From Lama guanicoe (taxonomy: Eukaryota), in assembly GCA_013239625.1 (NCBI GenBank), contig MU053472.1:3135822-3199821 (forward strand): a DNA stretch of 64,000 nt, written 5' to 3'. The notes under the pieces were generated by a model that saw only the letters and a list, made by a program, of their open reading frames with translations, ran no database searches and was not told the DNA's origin. Positions 1 through 12,320 of this stretch are shown here, piece by piece (positions within the stretch are counted from its first letter, which is position 1; the number at the start of each line of letters is the position of its first letter). Both the position numbers and the translations under genes were made by a program.

Positions 1-3000
1 CTCCCCAGTAACCAAGAAAATATCAGAAGTTGTAAGATTTATATTTCCTGTGAAATAAGAGCATCTTGGTTGCTCAGGATACAGATTTTCTAAGAAACAT
101 GTCTCCTATGGGCAGTCGTAGGAGACAAGAACCAGCCAGTGAGCCCCAGTACACATCAACAGTTCCTACGATGTAGCCCTCCAGCAATACTTTCTTCCAG
201 TTCCCTCCATGAAAACAGACCATAATAAACACCAAAGCACAACTCAGTAAAAGGGATTCTACACGGGGTCAAACTAGGGCAGCCCGAGAACATGGCTTTC
301 TGATGGTCTGGCTGGATCCAGCGATATGGACTCTCCAGAGGAATGGAAGAGCTACAGAGCCTTCTGGCAATGCTCCATGAATATCATTTATCACAACCAC
401 GCTTTTGAGTAACAGAAAATAAGGGCAGCCTCCCACATGCCAAGTCCACACACTAATACTTTTGAATGCTAACACTATTTGGCCCTGGTGCTGCATTCAG
501 CCCTCTCGTGGGCTGCTTTTCCCCAAAACTCTCCCTTATGGGCCTCATCTTGCCTCTGAGGGTTCTTCTGTCTCCCTGACTGAGCCTCAGTCTCCCTGAC
601 TGCTCTTCTTCCATCCTCCTCCTCCTTGGACGTGATTCCACCATGTGCCTGACTGCCTGGTCCCCTGGGGAACTATCATCCACACCCAAGTCTTCTGAAC
701 CTCTATCTCCAGCTCCTGAACCCAGAATCCTTTTCTCAAAGGTGTCCTACCTGGCTCCTAGGAAGGCACTCCAAACTGAACTCTTCCAAAGCCAGTACTG
801 TGGTTCCCCTTCCCCCGGCTCCTATTTCTTTTACCTGAATTCTGCTCCTTCCTCCTGAAGACCCAGTCACCCGAGCAGGAAACGCCCTTTATTCTCTCTC
901 CCTCCTGTGTCATACACTATCTGCCCCCTAGACGGTTGTACCTTTACAACCCACCCTCCCCACTGCCACCCTCAGTCACAGCCAGCAGCACTGTGGGAAC
1001 CCCATCCTCTCTCATCCTGAACGACCATGACAGCTCCCTAAACTAGTCTCCCTGACTCAGCTCTTACCTCTCCAGCCCATTCTAGAATTCTATTTATACA
1101 GCACAATCTGATCACATCTCTCTCATGTTTCAAAACCGCCAGTGGTTTCCTAGCAGCCTACAGGACAAGGTCCAACCCGTTAGGTGGCACCAAGAACCTA
1201 GACCCGATTCTCCTTATCTTCTCATCACCTTCCCACCCCACTCCAAACCTGTTTCCCCAGCAGACCAAGCCTGTTTACTACCTTTTCTCAAGTTGTTTCA
1301 GCCTCCTGCAGAGCCTTAACTTGCCTTCTCTGCCCAGTAAAATGCCTGCTCATCCCTTGCTACCCAGCTCAAATAAGACCCTAAACAGAGCTGGGGGCCG
1401 CCTTCCAGCATGCAAAAAACTTCTCATCACACCATTGTCATGTGTCTCCCAGACTGGGGACTCCCTGCAGTCAGAAGTCCAGTCTTTACACCCCTCTGGT
1501 TTCCCCAGGACTCCTAGTGTCCAGCACATTGGAGATCCTTGATAACTGAGTAAAATGAGTGACCGTCACTGGCACTGTGCTGCCCTGTAAAGCTATTTTT
1601 GAGTCTCCTTAGTCTGCCACTATTTAATACAGTTAAAATACTAAACTCTGGGCATTACATAGGACTCACCATGAATGCTCCGCAAAGTTCAAAAGCCAGC
1701 AAACTCTTACGATGCCAACTCACTTGGGCTGGCAGACGGAGTCTGAAACTCAGGACTGTGGCACCATGTCTCTGATGGGCCACACCACAAGAACCTCTGA
1801 TGGTTTTACCCATTCTGCCTCTCCTGGCCCTTTCTGCCGTATCTGTGTGCCCCCTAGGGCAGCGTCCCAGGGGACACTCCCAGGGCTGGCACTGGCTTCC
1901 GGAGAAACCCCTAGAGAAACCCTCAAACCTCCCACTCAGGAACATTCTTTCTCCCAATCTGAGCTGCTGCTCTAGGCAAGACTGAGGCAAAGAAAATGCA
2001 GTGTCAGGTTTAGTTCAGGCCAAGAAAAGGGGGTCCCTCCACCCGGCCTCTGCTCCACTGCCCTTTCCTCCAGCCCCCCAGAGGCTGCCGCCCTCAGCGT
2101 CAGTCCTTCACTTTATCTCTGCCACACTCAGAGATGATGACCCTAGCTAGAACAATGTGAATACATTCTTTCCGAGATCTGGGACCCAGTGAGGGATGGG
2201 GTCCATTTCTCTGTCCCCAGACAGTGCTACACTTGAACTGTAATGTAAAACAGCCATTTAAAAGATCTAGCAAGAAAACAAAGTCCTGGAAAGCCGAGTA
2301 AGAGATATGGCCAGTCTTGGAACCCTCCCCTTAGACTTCTCCAATCCCCACTAAGTCAGGTTCCTGATTTCATATGCACAGCACTTCTCACAGTTGTAAT
2401 TTTACTTTTATTGAGGTGATTGTTTGATTGTTATCTGTGTCTCACACACACAAATATCCAATATTATTTACTGAATAAGTGAAAGTCTTTTGAAAAAGAA
2501 AATGAACGTCTTTTGGACTCTGGGCACTGTGTGACCTTGATTTCTCTTTAACTGCTGCTCCCCCAGGGCACAGCTGGGGCCCCAATTAGTTACAAACCAT
2601 CCATCTCAAATCTGCCAATATGATTCTATTGTTCAGCTGTCAACATGCCTTTGGCTTTCTCACTTTAATCTCCCAATTCAAATAAATCCAAAACTCTAGA
2701 CCCTGACATCTGTGGCTGGGCTCCCTGCCTCTTCACAATTGGAATTTGGATACTGAACTTAAAACTCAGGAGAAAAAAAGGGCAGAGGCACTTTCAAAAG
2801 GATACCTTAATGTCCAAAGTCCTAGCCATCACCAGCCCAAAGATGGACGCATTCTGTCCTAAGAATTAAATTGTCATTGAGTGTTACCATTCACTGAATT
2901 GTAGGAGAGGAAAAGGAATAGGGTGGGAGAGAGAGCCTGATTCTAGAGCAAATTTCTGGATTTCTCCTGTTACGGGAATGGCAGATAGATTTTAGTGAGA

Positions 3001-3349
3001 ATGACGGCCTCTTTTTCCGCTCAGGCCTTGCACATCAAGGGGAGCCGTTCACGTGGCCAGTGCAGCCTGTTCATATAGTTTAAGAAACCTCCTTAAAGCT
3101 TGCGGTTTATGGGTCAGTTTTCCCACTAGATTGAGCCATTCCTGACCACGTCCAGAGACCACGTCTGGTTAATCACCCCTCACAGCTAGCCCGAAGCCTG
3201 GCTGGCACTAACAGCTCAGAAAGTATTGGCTGAAGGAAAGTGAAAAATGAGGGGAGGAGGTAGGGAAGAGTCATCTGAGGCCTTACAGCAACTGTCAGTA
3301 AGCCTCCAGGAATCTACAATTTATTTCTTATTATGGGCCCATGAGGGGC

Positions 3350-3520
3350 CGGTGTACTTGACATGCGTTATCGCGATTAATCCTCACAACAACCAACCCA
3401 GGGAGGCAGGCACTGTTAGGATTACCCCAATTTGAAAGATGAGGAAAAAGCTCAAGAGAAGTTGAACAGTTTGTCCAAGATCACTCCACTAGAAGGTACC
3501 AGAACCAGGATTTGAACCCT
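3350..3520 (-). mobile_element. MIR SINE
   Basis: ttaatcctcacaacaacc...gatgaggaaa..gctcaagagaagttgaacagtttgtccaagatcac...ggatttgaaccc. Confidence 0.75.
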
Positions 3521-5250
3521 GGGAAACCTTCCCAACTTGCCCTACTGGATCCTTCAACCCAGACAACACAGAGAGGGGTCTGAAGATGGGCATCCTTGAT
3601 TCCTGAGCCTCTTAGTACAACAGGCAGAATATCTCCTGGAGGGAGACTCTAAGTCAATTAATCATAATGCAAAGCAGAGATGTCCAGTTCTCTGAAAATA
3701 TCTTCAGACTCCCGGGGTTGGCTCAATGCATCCACTTTTAATTAGAAAAAACTGAGAGAACAAATGAGGGACAGGAATAACCTGAGCCAGAAGGTGGGAC
3801 AACAGATTAGCCACAAGAAAAAGCTAATTTTCAGTTCTTGTCATCTCTTCCTGCTAATGGGATATTTCCCTTTAAGGCTGCAGTCACGTGAGGGGACACA
3901 ATTTTCTTCCCTCAAATCCTAAAGGAAACAAACTAAGAATCATGTACACAAAACTAACCAAAAGCCCTATCTAATTATATTTACATAATACTCATGTTTA
4001 TACTATTAACACAGCAAATACTGAAAGAGAATTCATTTTTAACTTTAGGTCCGTTTGGTGGTGGGTCAATTTAGGTAGGGACCCCCAACAGACAAAGACC
4101 AAAGTGGTAAAAGAAGAGATAAAGGGGAGGTAAATATAATGGATGGCACACAGGAACATACAAACAAAATAAGAAAAGGAAGAGGCAAAAATAGAACATA
4201 AGGGAAAGGAGGCCAAAGGTCAAGGATGTTTAGCAGTTGGTTTCTGCCAGTGACATCAACTACCTCAACATGTGCGGGTGTAGATGACATTAGAAAAACC
4301 AGGGAGACTTGGGTGGGGATAAAGGGGGTGGTGATGGTGATATTATTATTTGCTTGCTTTTACTAAATTCCCCATCCTGAAAATTCTGATTTTATAGGCC
4401 TTTGGTTGGGCTAGGAATTCTTACGGCAACAAGGTTTGAGAATCCTGAGGGGCAGTCTCACCTCTGAGGTTGCCTCTTATCTACGTCAGCTGGCCATTGT
4501 TCACAGGTCTTCACCCTCCGGAGTTCGACTCTGATGTAAGTCACAGTCCAGTTCGATGGAGTTACTCTAAACTGTAGCAATGGTAGCCCAAGCAGTATCT
4601 CCTTCCTGCATCTCACATGCCTCCTGAACATTCCACATACGTTACCTTTCATATATACCTCGGTGCCTTTGCACAGTTTCCCCTGGCGTGTTTCTGCATG
4701 TTTCAACCCCCTTTTATTCTTTCCAGCCCCATCTCCAAAATGCCCACCCTTCTTTCTCTATGTCTGTAATGTCTTTAAACTCTCTACCTTGTACTCTGGT
4801 TATATGTCTTAATCACTCCTATTTGAGGACAGACTCTCAGGGGCAGGGGCCATATCACAACTTTGTCTCCCAAAGGTCTTCCTACTGTTGAATGATTATT
4901 ACCCAGGAAAATAAAACAAAACCAAGGTTGAGTTTCAGCCCCAGGCCAGAGGTTCCTCTTGGCTCTCAAAATAGGAATCAAAAATTTCCTGACTCAGGCA
5001 GGCTGTGTTCCAAGCCTACGCTCTCTTGCCCCAGGTACTCCCAACCAGAACACCATGGGAAAACAAAACAACTCATTAGGCAGGTCAATATTTTCTATAA
5101 CTCAATTTCATATCAGAGAGAACAAAGCCACTCTCTTCGGTTCAACCAAACTCAACCACTGCTCACACCCAGAAGACACTGTTTGAGCCTCTGTGGCACC
5201 CATCTGTCGTCCAGATGTCAAGCCTTCCTTTCATGGCAAGGAACAGACAA

Positions 5251-5340
5251 GGGGGGGAAGTACAGCTCAGTGGTAGAGTGCGTGCTTCCCATGCACGAGG
5301 TCCTGGGTTCAATCCCCAGCACCTCCACTGAAGAAAAGGA
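5251..5340 (+). mobile_element. tRNA-derived SINE (Vic-1-like), short tailless copy
   Basis: A box CAGCTCAGTGG, B box GGTTCAATCCC; flanking direct repeat aaggaacagacaagg / aaggaaacagacaagg. Confidence 0.85.
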
Positions 5341-6574
5341 AACAGACAAGGAAACTCCAGGCACTAGAGGCTGATTTCATTCTGAGCTGGCAATCTAGTT
5401 TCACATAAAACCCACTGAGCCTGGACATACTACAGCCTCAAGGCCACGGGGGAGCACAGCGCTGCTGACACAGCCAGGAAACAGGAATGCGGCTGGCAAG
5501 GTAGCAGCTCATTGGCAGATGCCCCTTCACCCCACCACAGAGAGAAGGTAGGCTTTGCCTAGTATTGAGACATTATGAGCTACTTAGGGTTTTAGTCAGG
5601 AGTTGGTACTCTTCCAGAACGTACAGGAATAGGAAGAGCCCTGGGCCTGAGAAACAAAAGGTATGGTTTACACTCTGTGCTTTGCTCTGATTAGTTCTGT
5701 GCCTTAAGCAAGTCCTTTTCTCCTGTTTGAGCCTCAGTGTTAGTATCTCTAAAGTGTAACACCTAAAATGGATTTCAATACCCAATCCAGCATATAACTA
5801 ATGAATAGAAAGTTGCAAATTATTAACTTGAAATCAGAGAAAATAAGAATTTCAAGGTTAATGCCAGGAAAAAAAAAAAAAGGATGCAGGGCCTCACAGT
5901 TACTAAAATCAAGCCACAAATTTCCATCTGTGCTTCCCGGCAGCCAGAGCATGAAAAGAAACATGATCAGTTATATTCAATTGTCCACAAAGAAAAATCA
6001 TGCCAGTTTCTTGGGAGATGGAAAGCTTTTCCTGGTACTTGGCTCTGAAAGAAAATTTCTCCAATTAACAGGGACATTAAGTGAAGTTGTATTGAAGTCG
6101 TCAACAATATAAAGCCTTATAAGAAACATAGCAGCAAGTTATCGAAAAGCTATTTTGGACAGTGACCCTCCGTAAAGCAAAGGGCAGGACACCGGAGACT
6201 GTCCCAATGAAAACAATTATGGAGGGGCTGAGCTAACACGGCCCAAGCAAGCTGCTTGCAGTTGGCCCAGCTTAGTTCAAGGATAAAACTAAGACCAGGT
6301 AGATAACATGTCCTTCTAAAAATGTCTATAAATATTACTTCTTCCATGTGGATGTTTATTAGGAGTTGGACCGCAGTTTGCAATTAGATGACTTCTAAAT
6401 TCCATTCCAGTTCTGATAAATCAAAGTGACATTTTTGTCTTCATTTACTTAGACTAATTTAGGATTTGGTAGTCTTCCTTCTCTTACTGCCCACTCCCAA
6501 ATCAATGGATTGGGAATTCCTGCCGGGGGCGGTGGGGGGGGGGCTCTCATTATTAGTATTAATAACAACACTAA

Positions 6575-6800
6575 TGGCTAATACCAAGTGCTTATGTGTG
6601 AGGCTCTGTGCCTGGTTTCCTGAGCATTCTCTCATTTAATCCTTCCAAAAATCTCGTGTGATAATAACTATTAATAGTCTCATTTTACAAATAAGGAACA
6701 GATATTCAGAGAATTTTAGCAAATTGTGCTAAGTCACAGACCTAACTATTCAGATCATTCTGACTCCAAAGCCCAGGATCTTAGCCCTCCTTATACTGCC
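6575..6800 (-). mobile_element. MIR SINE
   Basis: tctcatttaatcct...cattttacaaataaggaac...tgactccaaagccc. Confidence 0.7.
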
Positions 6801-7104
6801 TCCTCATATTAATGAAGCGTGATTACTGGTAGAAATGCTTGTCAGAATAGTGAGGCCTGGAATAAGGCCAGTGGGGGAGACAAGAGTTATTAACAACAAC
6901 AAAATAACAATGGAGATTTTAGAGGCTTTGGCAACCTGTGAAAAGAATAAAAGTATGAAAAGTATTGTGCAAACCAAAATCCCAAAAGACAGTAATTCCA
7001 GGGGAGCAGGAATACCCAGAAAAGAGAGATTTCTTTTCCTCCTCTTGAAGGTAAGTATTACTCCTACTCTTAAAAGACTCAAAACCTTGGCTCTCTTGGT
7101 CTAT

Positions 7105-8050
7105 CATCCATTCATTCCACCAACAACCAACAACTAGATGTATATCCAGTGCTACTCACTGCTAAGCACTGAGCAAGACTCTCAAGCTTCCAATCTAGCC
7201 ATCAAGTAGACAATGCATTTCCAGATGGTATTAAAGTACTTTGAAAAAAATAATACAGGGGATTAAGAGAGACTGAAGGGCAGGGAGGGGAGGGCTGTTC
7301 TAAATAACAGGTCAGGGAGGGGCTCTCTGAGACCCAAGTGAGAAGCCAATCATGCAAAAACTTAGAGAAAAGGAGTTCTGTGACCAGGGACTACCAGTGG
7401 AAAAGTCTGTGAATGAAAACTGTTGCCTGCCATATCAGTAAACAAAGGATGTGGTAACCATCAAGACACTACAGCCCACCCCTGAGGGAACTCAGGATGG
7501 GAAAGAGGACACTGGTCCTAGACAGCTAAGGTGCATATTTAGAAGGAAGGATATCAGTGAGCCTGGACTGCAGCAGCATCCCACACGTAGAAAAGTGCTA
7601 AATTCATTAACTTGAGATGATTGGTTTTCCTTAGTGAACAGTAATCTTCTGGTGTTTTGAACACCTGTTTTTTGTTGCAAAACTCCTATATATTCTGGCT
7701 CCTCCCTCACCCCTTTGGAGCAGTCCCTCAGAGCTCTCTGAGAGGCTGCTTCCGGGCTTGAAGTCCTCAGAAAGTCTACTGAATACAACGTAATTCTCAA
7801 CTTTTAGGTTGTACGTTGTTTTTCAGTCGAAAGGCCAGATGACAAAAGCAAACTTGACCTGCTTTGGAAACCTCAGGAAGGCTGGTGAAGTTGGAGCCAA
7901 CTGAAGCACAGTAGACCAGGTGAGGACTGGTAGGAGATGAAGTGGGAGAAGGTGGGAGAGTGTGTCAGTGCAATGCCTACAGGGAAAGGGGCTGGATTAT
8001 TTCTGATGGGAAGCCATTGGAAAGTTTTAAACAAGGAGTGGCATAATCCT
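7105..8050 (-). mobile_element. L2 LINE 3' fragment (split by the LTR)
   Basis: tcattcattc start, ggtcagggagggctctctgag, gggaagccattggaaagttttaaacaaggag. Confidence 0.7.
7408..7832 (+). mobile_element. Solo ERV LTR (ERV1-like) inserted into an L2
   Basis: About 425 bp from TGTGAATGAAAAC to TTTTCAGTCGA, with an internal TATA (ctcctatata) and poly(A)-like ctgaatac. It interrupts otherwise continuous L2 sequence. Family not identified. Confidence 0.65.
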
Positions 8051-9442
8051 ATTTACTTTGTTTTCCCCCTATTTACTTTAAATCCCACCCCCACCTCAGG
8101 GGCCACATTCACAACTCCAGAGATGCAAGTATGCTACCACCTTTTGTTAGGGATAATATCACTGAAAAATACCAGCTCTTAAAAGAATATCTTTAGCTTG
8201 TAGGCTCCAGCTTTCCATCTTTGAAGGCTAAAATTCAAAGAGATGCTTCCTTTTCTAGAGCTTTATACCCCTTCGTACTAAGGGAAGGCAATTAATTGTC
8301 AGAGCAACTGGTGGTTTGGTTGACAGACCCTAGGGAAATGCCAAGATCATTTACAAGGGAAACTGATCCAGGCTTCCATTTGAATCCCACCTGACTGTCT
8401 CTTGCTCTGCTTTTCCTATCCTGGGATATCCTATCCTTTGCCATTCTTTTGCTGCTTTCTTTTTCCATGGGCTCAAAACTAAACATTCTAAATGTGAGTT
8501 GCTTGATCAGACTGAACATTATTGAGGTTAATTTCAACATTCCTGTAGTTAGTGTACCCATACAAGACATACACTTGACAGGGAGGATTATAGTTGAATT
8601 TGAATTTGGATAATTTAGAGTTTTTTTGAAGCTCAACTGCAGCTTTGAGAAGTTGAAGAAAATTTCTTTACCAACATGTTTGGACACAATAAGGGGGAAG
8701 CAGCCAACATGTGGATGTATCAGGTGTGTGTATGTTTATGCTTGAAAGAAGAGAGCCGTAACAGCCTCAGAAATGGTATGATTAACAAGAGCCACCTGCA
8801 CACAGGAGCGGAGATGTCACGGAGGAAGAACCAGGGCTGAGGCAGGTAGGCACGGAGGTGGGAAAACTTGTGCCTCTTCTTATTAAGAACTGCTGACAGA
8901 CAAGCCCCTGGCTCGCCCATTCCCTACCTCCCCAAACAAAAATAAAATCACCAGCTTGCCCTTCCCCTGGATTACACAGCCTGGAATACCCAGATATTAA
9001 ATAAAATCAACCTTTCCTGCTGACCAACTGTTAATGTCCCAGGCACAATGACTGCGTTGCCAATTCAAAACCATTAAAATCATTAAAGCAGTAAAAATTC
9101 ACATAATCTGTGAATAATACAGCAAGCTCATCAGTACTGCTCACACCCCCAACCCCACACACCTAGAAACAGACAGTGGTACTGAACAGCAGAACACCAG
9201 CCTTCAAATGGGCTGGGCAGGGTGCTGTGGGAAGGGATGGGGGGGTGCTGTCTCTTGAGGCCAAGGCTTCATGGCAGCTGAAGGCAAATAACACTATATC
9301 CTTAGACTTTTCAAAGCCTGGGCTAGTTGAGGGATCCTGGGTTTGCACAGACTGTGTGGGTCACATATCTGACTAAGGTTTGGTATATTTCATATCTTAA
9401 GTAATGCCTGTCATTGTTCATTCTCCCCAGTTTCCACTAGAT

Positions 9443-9845
9443 CAGGGTTTCTTATCAACCACCTGCCTCAAACCTCATGGCCCACTTATTAAAAATGTGC
9501 CCTGCTGAGAATAAATATCTCCAGATTGAACCCACAAACTTCATTTTTAAACACTCCCCAGGTCATCTTTATGCACATTTAAGTTTGAGGACCTCTGCTC
9601 TAGAGCAATGTTTCTTAAACTGCAGGTCATGACCTGTTTGGTCAAGAAATCAAATTAATGAGTCATGGCCAGCAGTTGATTTATTTTTTTTTTTAATTAG
9701 GTAGGAGAAACATAAATAGAACAGATTGCAGGTAGTAAGGGCAACTGTTTTTCCTGGAACTTACACAGTTGCGGACCTCTGTGCAGTGATGTAAAATGTA
9801 TTCCACACTGTGGATCCCACTCAAAGTTTGGAAACCACTCTCCTA
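9443..9845. mobile_element. Two adjacent old hAT/MER5-type fragments
   Basis: ccccaggtcatctttatgcacatttaagtttgaggacctctg; caatgtttcttaaactgcaggtcatgacc...agtttggaaaccact. Confidence 0.55.
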
Positions 9846-10589
9846 GAGGGAAAAAGGAAAACAATATTCTTGTGCATGGCATTTATTTTCCATTTTCTAC
9901 CCCTAACTCCAAGCTTCTGAATTTTAGTTCAAGACAGATCTCAGAATCTGTTATCAAACCCTCAACTGATTAGGCAAAGCCAAACCGTGGAGGAGGGTAA
10001 GCTACTCTGCTCCAGCCTTCGACCCTTTTCCATGGAGCTGGGGACAAGGGAAGGTGCCAAAGAGAAGTCTGCACAACTCTCCTGAGGCTGGACCTGGAAA
10101 TGAGGGAAGGGATAGACAGAACTCAGGTGCAGCCCACCTTTGTGGCAGTGATTAGGTCAAACGAAAGTCAGAGAAGGGTGAATCCAGTCCCACTGGTAAC
10201 AAGAAACCGGGAGCACCAAGCATGTGAGGTCAAGTCCCGCCCCAGAGCCAGCGACATAAGTTGCCTTGGATAAGTCACCTAACTACTCAACCGCCTAGAT
10301 TCCTTGCACTGCAAATGTTCTGTGAGCAAGTGGCATACAGAGAAACATCAAGCTTGCCTTCTTGCTCCTCGCTCTAGGACAAGGAGCCCCATCTTGCTGG
10401 ACCAAAACAGAGAAACAAGGGAGGAAGGGCAAGGGAAAAAAGATGAATAGCTGGCCATCTTGTTAGCTTTTAGACTCATCAGAAGCAAAGACTTACTGAA
10501 ATGAACCTCAACACCCGAGAAGAGCAAACTGAGGAGGAGGCCAGAAAGCAAAATACCCAGCAACGCCCAGGAGCAGTTTCATGTGGGAC

Positions 10590-12320
10590 CGCCGCGGGAC
10601 TGCGGGAGGGTCAGCTACATACAGAACAGAGAACGGAGGACACTCACTCACTTGGTTTGTAAGCTCTTGCAAGCTGAGAGTGAAGTCAGAGGTGGCAGTC
10701 TCCTGGACTGGGTCCAAAAGAACAGGTGGCTTCCCCCATCCGCCAACGTGAGAAAAGCCACGACTTGGGTAAAGACACACAGAGGAGGTCAGCGGCCAAG
10801 GAGGGTGAACTTGAAGCAGTGAAGCGGTGAGAGATCGGGGCTGCCCTTCAGCGCCAGTTCCCGAGAGGTACTCGCTGGAGAGGCCCCTACATTCCGTCGG
10901 GCAGGAGAGAACTCGCGCCCACCCCCTTGGCAAGGGCACTGGGGAGGCGCCGGGAAGCGGCCAGGCAGGAACTCGGCTGCGGTTACCTCGGCCCAGGGCC
11001 CGCCAAGCGCTCCTGGGAGTTTCGAGAGCGCCCAGTCCCCCAAAGGCGGGGGCACCAAGGGCGGCGCCCCCGGACCCAGTGTCTTCAACGGAGACCCAGG
11101 GTCACCGGGGACCGAAAACGCCCGAAGCCCCCATCCTGGCCCCCACGGAGTCCGAGCTGCGGGAACTACGCTGAAGGAGAAGCAGCGACCGGGTCTCCAG
11201 GTCTCCCCTGCCGAACCGCGCGCCCCAGACTCGCCCAGCTCCTCGCGCAGGTCCCAGGCCCCGATCCTGGAACCCGTGCCACCTCCGCTCCCGTCGCGGG
11301 CCGCCGCCAGGGCCCGGCAGTGTTTGTAAACAAACCGGTCACGTGGCCCCGGCGGCCCGCTCCCCGCCCCCGGCGCCCGCGGCCCCCTCGGAGACCCCCA
11401 GCCGGACCACTCCTCGGCCGCGCAGGGCAGAGGGCGCCGCGGGCTCGGCGGGAGCGGGGCGGGAGGGGCCACAGGACCTGCGCCCAGTGCCCGGGGCCAG
11501 GCGCCCGCGCTGACAGCGCGCCCCACGCCCACGCATGCCCGGCCCGCGCCGCGCTCGCGTCTGCTTACCCGACAGCAAGCTGCCCCGTCCGGCCAGCGCT
11601 CAGCTTGGCTCCGCGGGGTTGCGCAGCAGCGAAGGACCGCCCGGCCGGATCCCGGGCTCCGGGCGCGCTCTTAAAGCCACAGCCTCCGCCACTGCCGTCG
11701 CCGCCACTCCGCATCCCTCCGCGTCGGGGCCGGGGGCTGCGGGGTGACGGACGCGCCCCCGCGCCTATCCCCTCGGCTCAGCACATAGCAACACGCCGCG
11801 GGTTGGCTCGGCCCGGCCGCAGCCCATCCGCCCCGAGCCAATCAGCGAAGGACGGAACTCCGCCCCTCGCTTCCCCTACCTCCCACCCCCCACCTCTCTG
11901 ACCCGGCCCGGCTTGGGTGCGGGGAGTGCGGCGAGTCCCGAGTCTGGCCCGATGAGGTTCAGCCGGCCAAGCCTGGCTAAGCAGGGCAACTGGCCGGAGG
12001 AACAGGGAAAAAGGGTGATGAGAATGGGTGGCTCTCGGCGCGCGGGAGGAGACCGTTTATTTGGGTTTGGAGTTTGCCCCTAGGTCAAGGCTGGGATTTC
12101 TAGAACCCGGGATAGGGAGAGGGGAGGCTTTAAAGTGCTTCTAGTTGGAGGGCCACGATAGTAGCTCCATCCTCACACTTGAGCCATCCCTAACCCGGAG
12201 CCTAAGTTACCTGAAGAGGCTGTCAAGACCGGGGGCAGCTGAATTTAATAAGATAGTGCCAGCCCCACGGGGCCCTACTCAGAAGCAAGGCGTTTCCCCC
12301 TCTCCTCTCGGCTCTGCTTA
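10590..12320. promoter_or_regulatory. YPEL2: CpG island promoter, probably of YPEL2
   Basis: Very GC- and CpG-dense against a CpG-depleted background. It has CCAAT at 11838-11842, GC boxes (CCGCCC ~11828 and ~11860) and a half-CRE TGACG ~11746. Gene identity is inferred from recalled mammalian synteny, with YPEL2 directly downstream of GDPD1 on the same strand. Confidence 0.85.
11569..11795 (-). other. YPEL2: Putative non-coding first exon (5' UTR) of YPEL2; TSS position approximate
   Basis: Strong donor CGG|GTAAGC (GT at 11568-11567) downstream of the CCAAT/GC boxes on the minus strand. No YPEL2 coding exon (MVKMT...) was seen in 1-11.5 kb, consistent with a long first intron leaving the window. 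Confidence 0.65.

Noticed and set aside
4892..5374. 160-aa ORF
   Set aside because: It runs through a SINE head (SSVVECVLPMHEVLGSIPST) and has no recognisable homology or splice context.
10789..11901. Long ORFs of 324 aa (+) and 247 aa (-), and others overlapping them
   Set aside because: They lie in the CpG island, where stop codons are rare. The products are low-complexity Pro/Arg/Ala/Gly-rich with no recognisable domain, and both strands are open.
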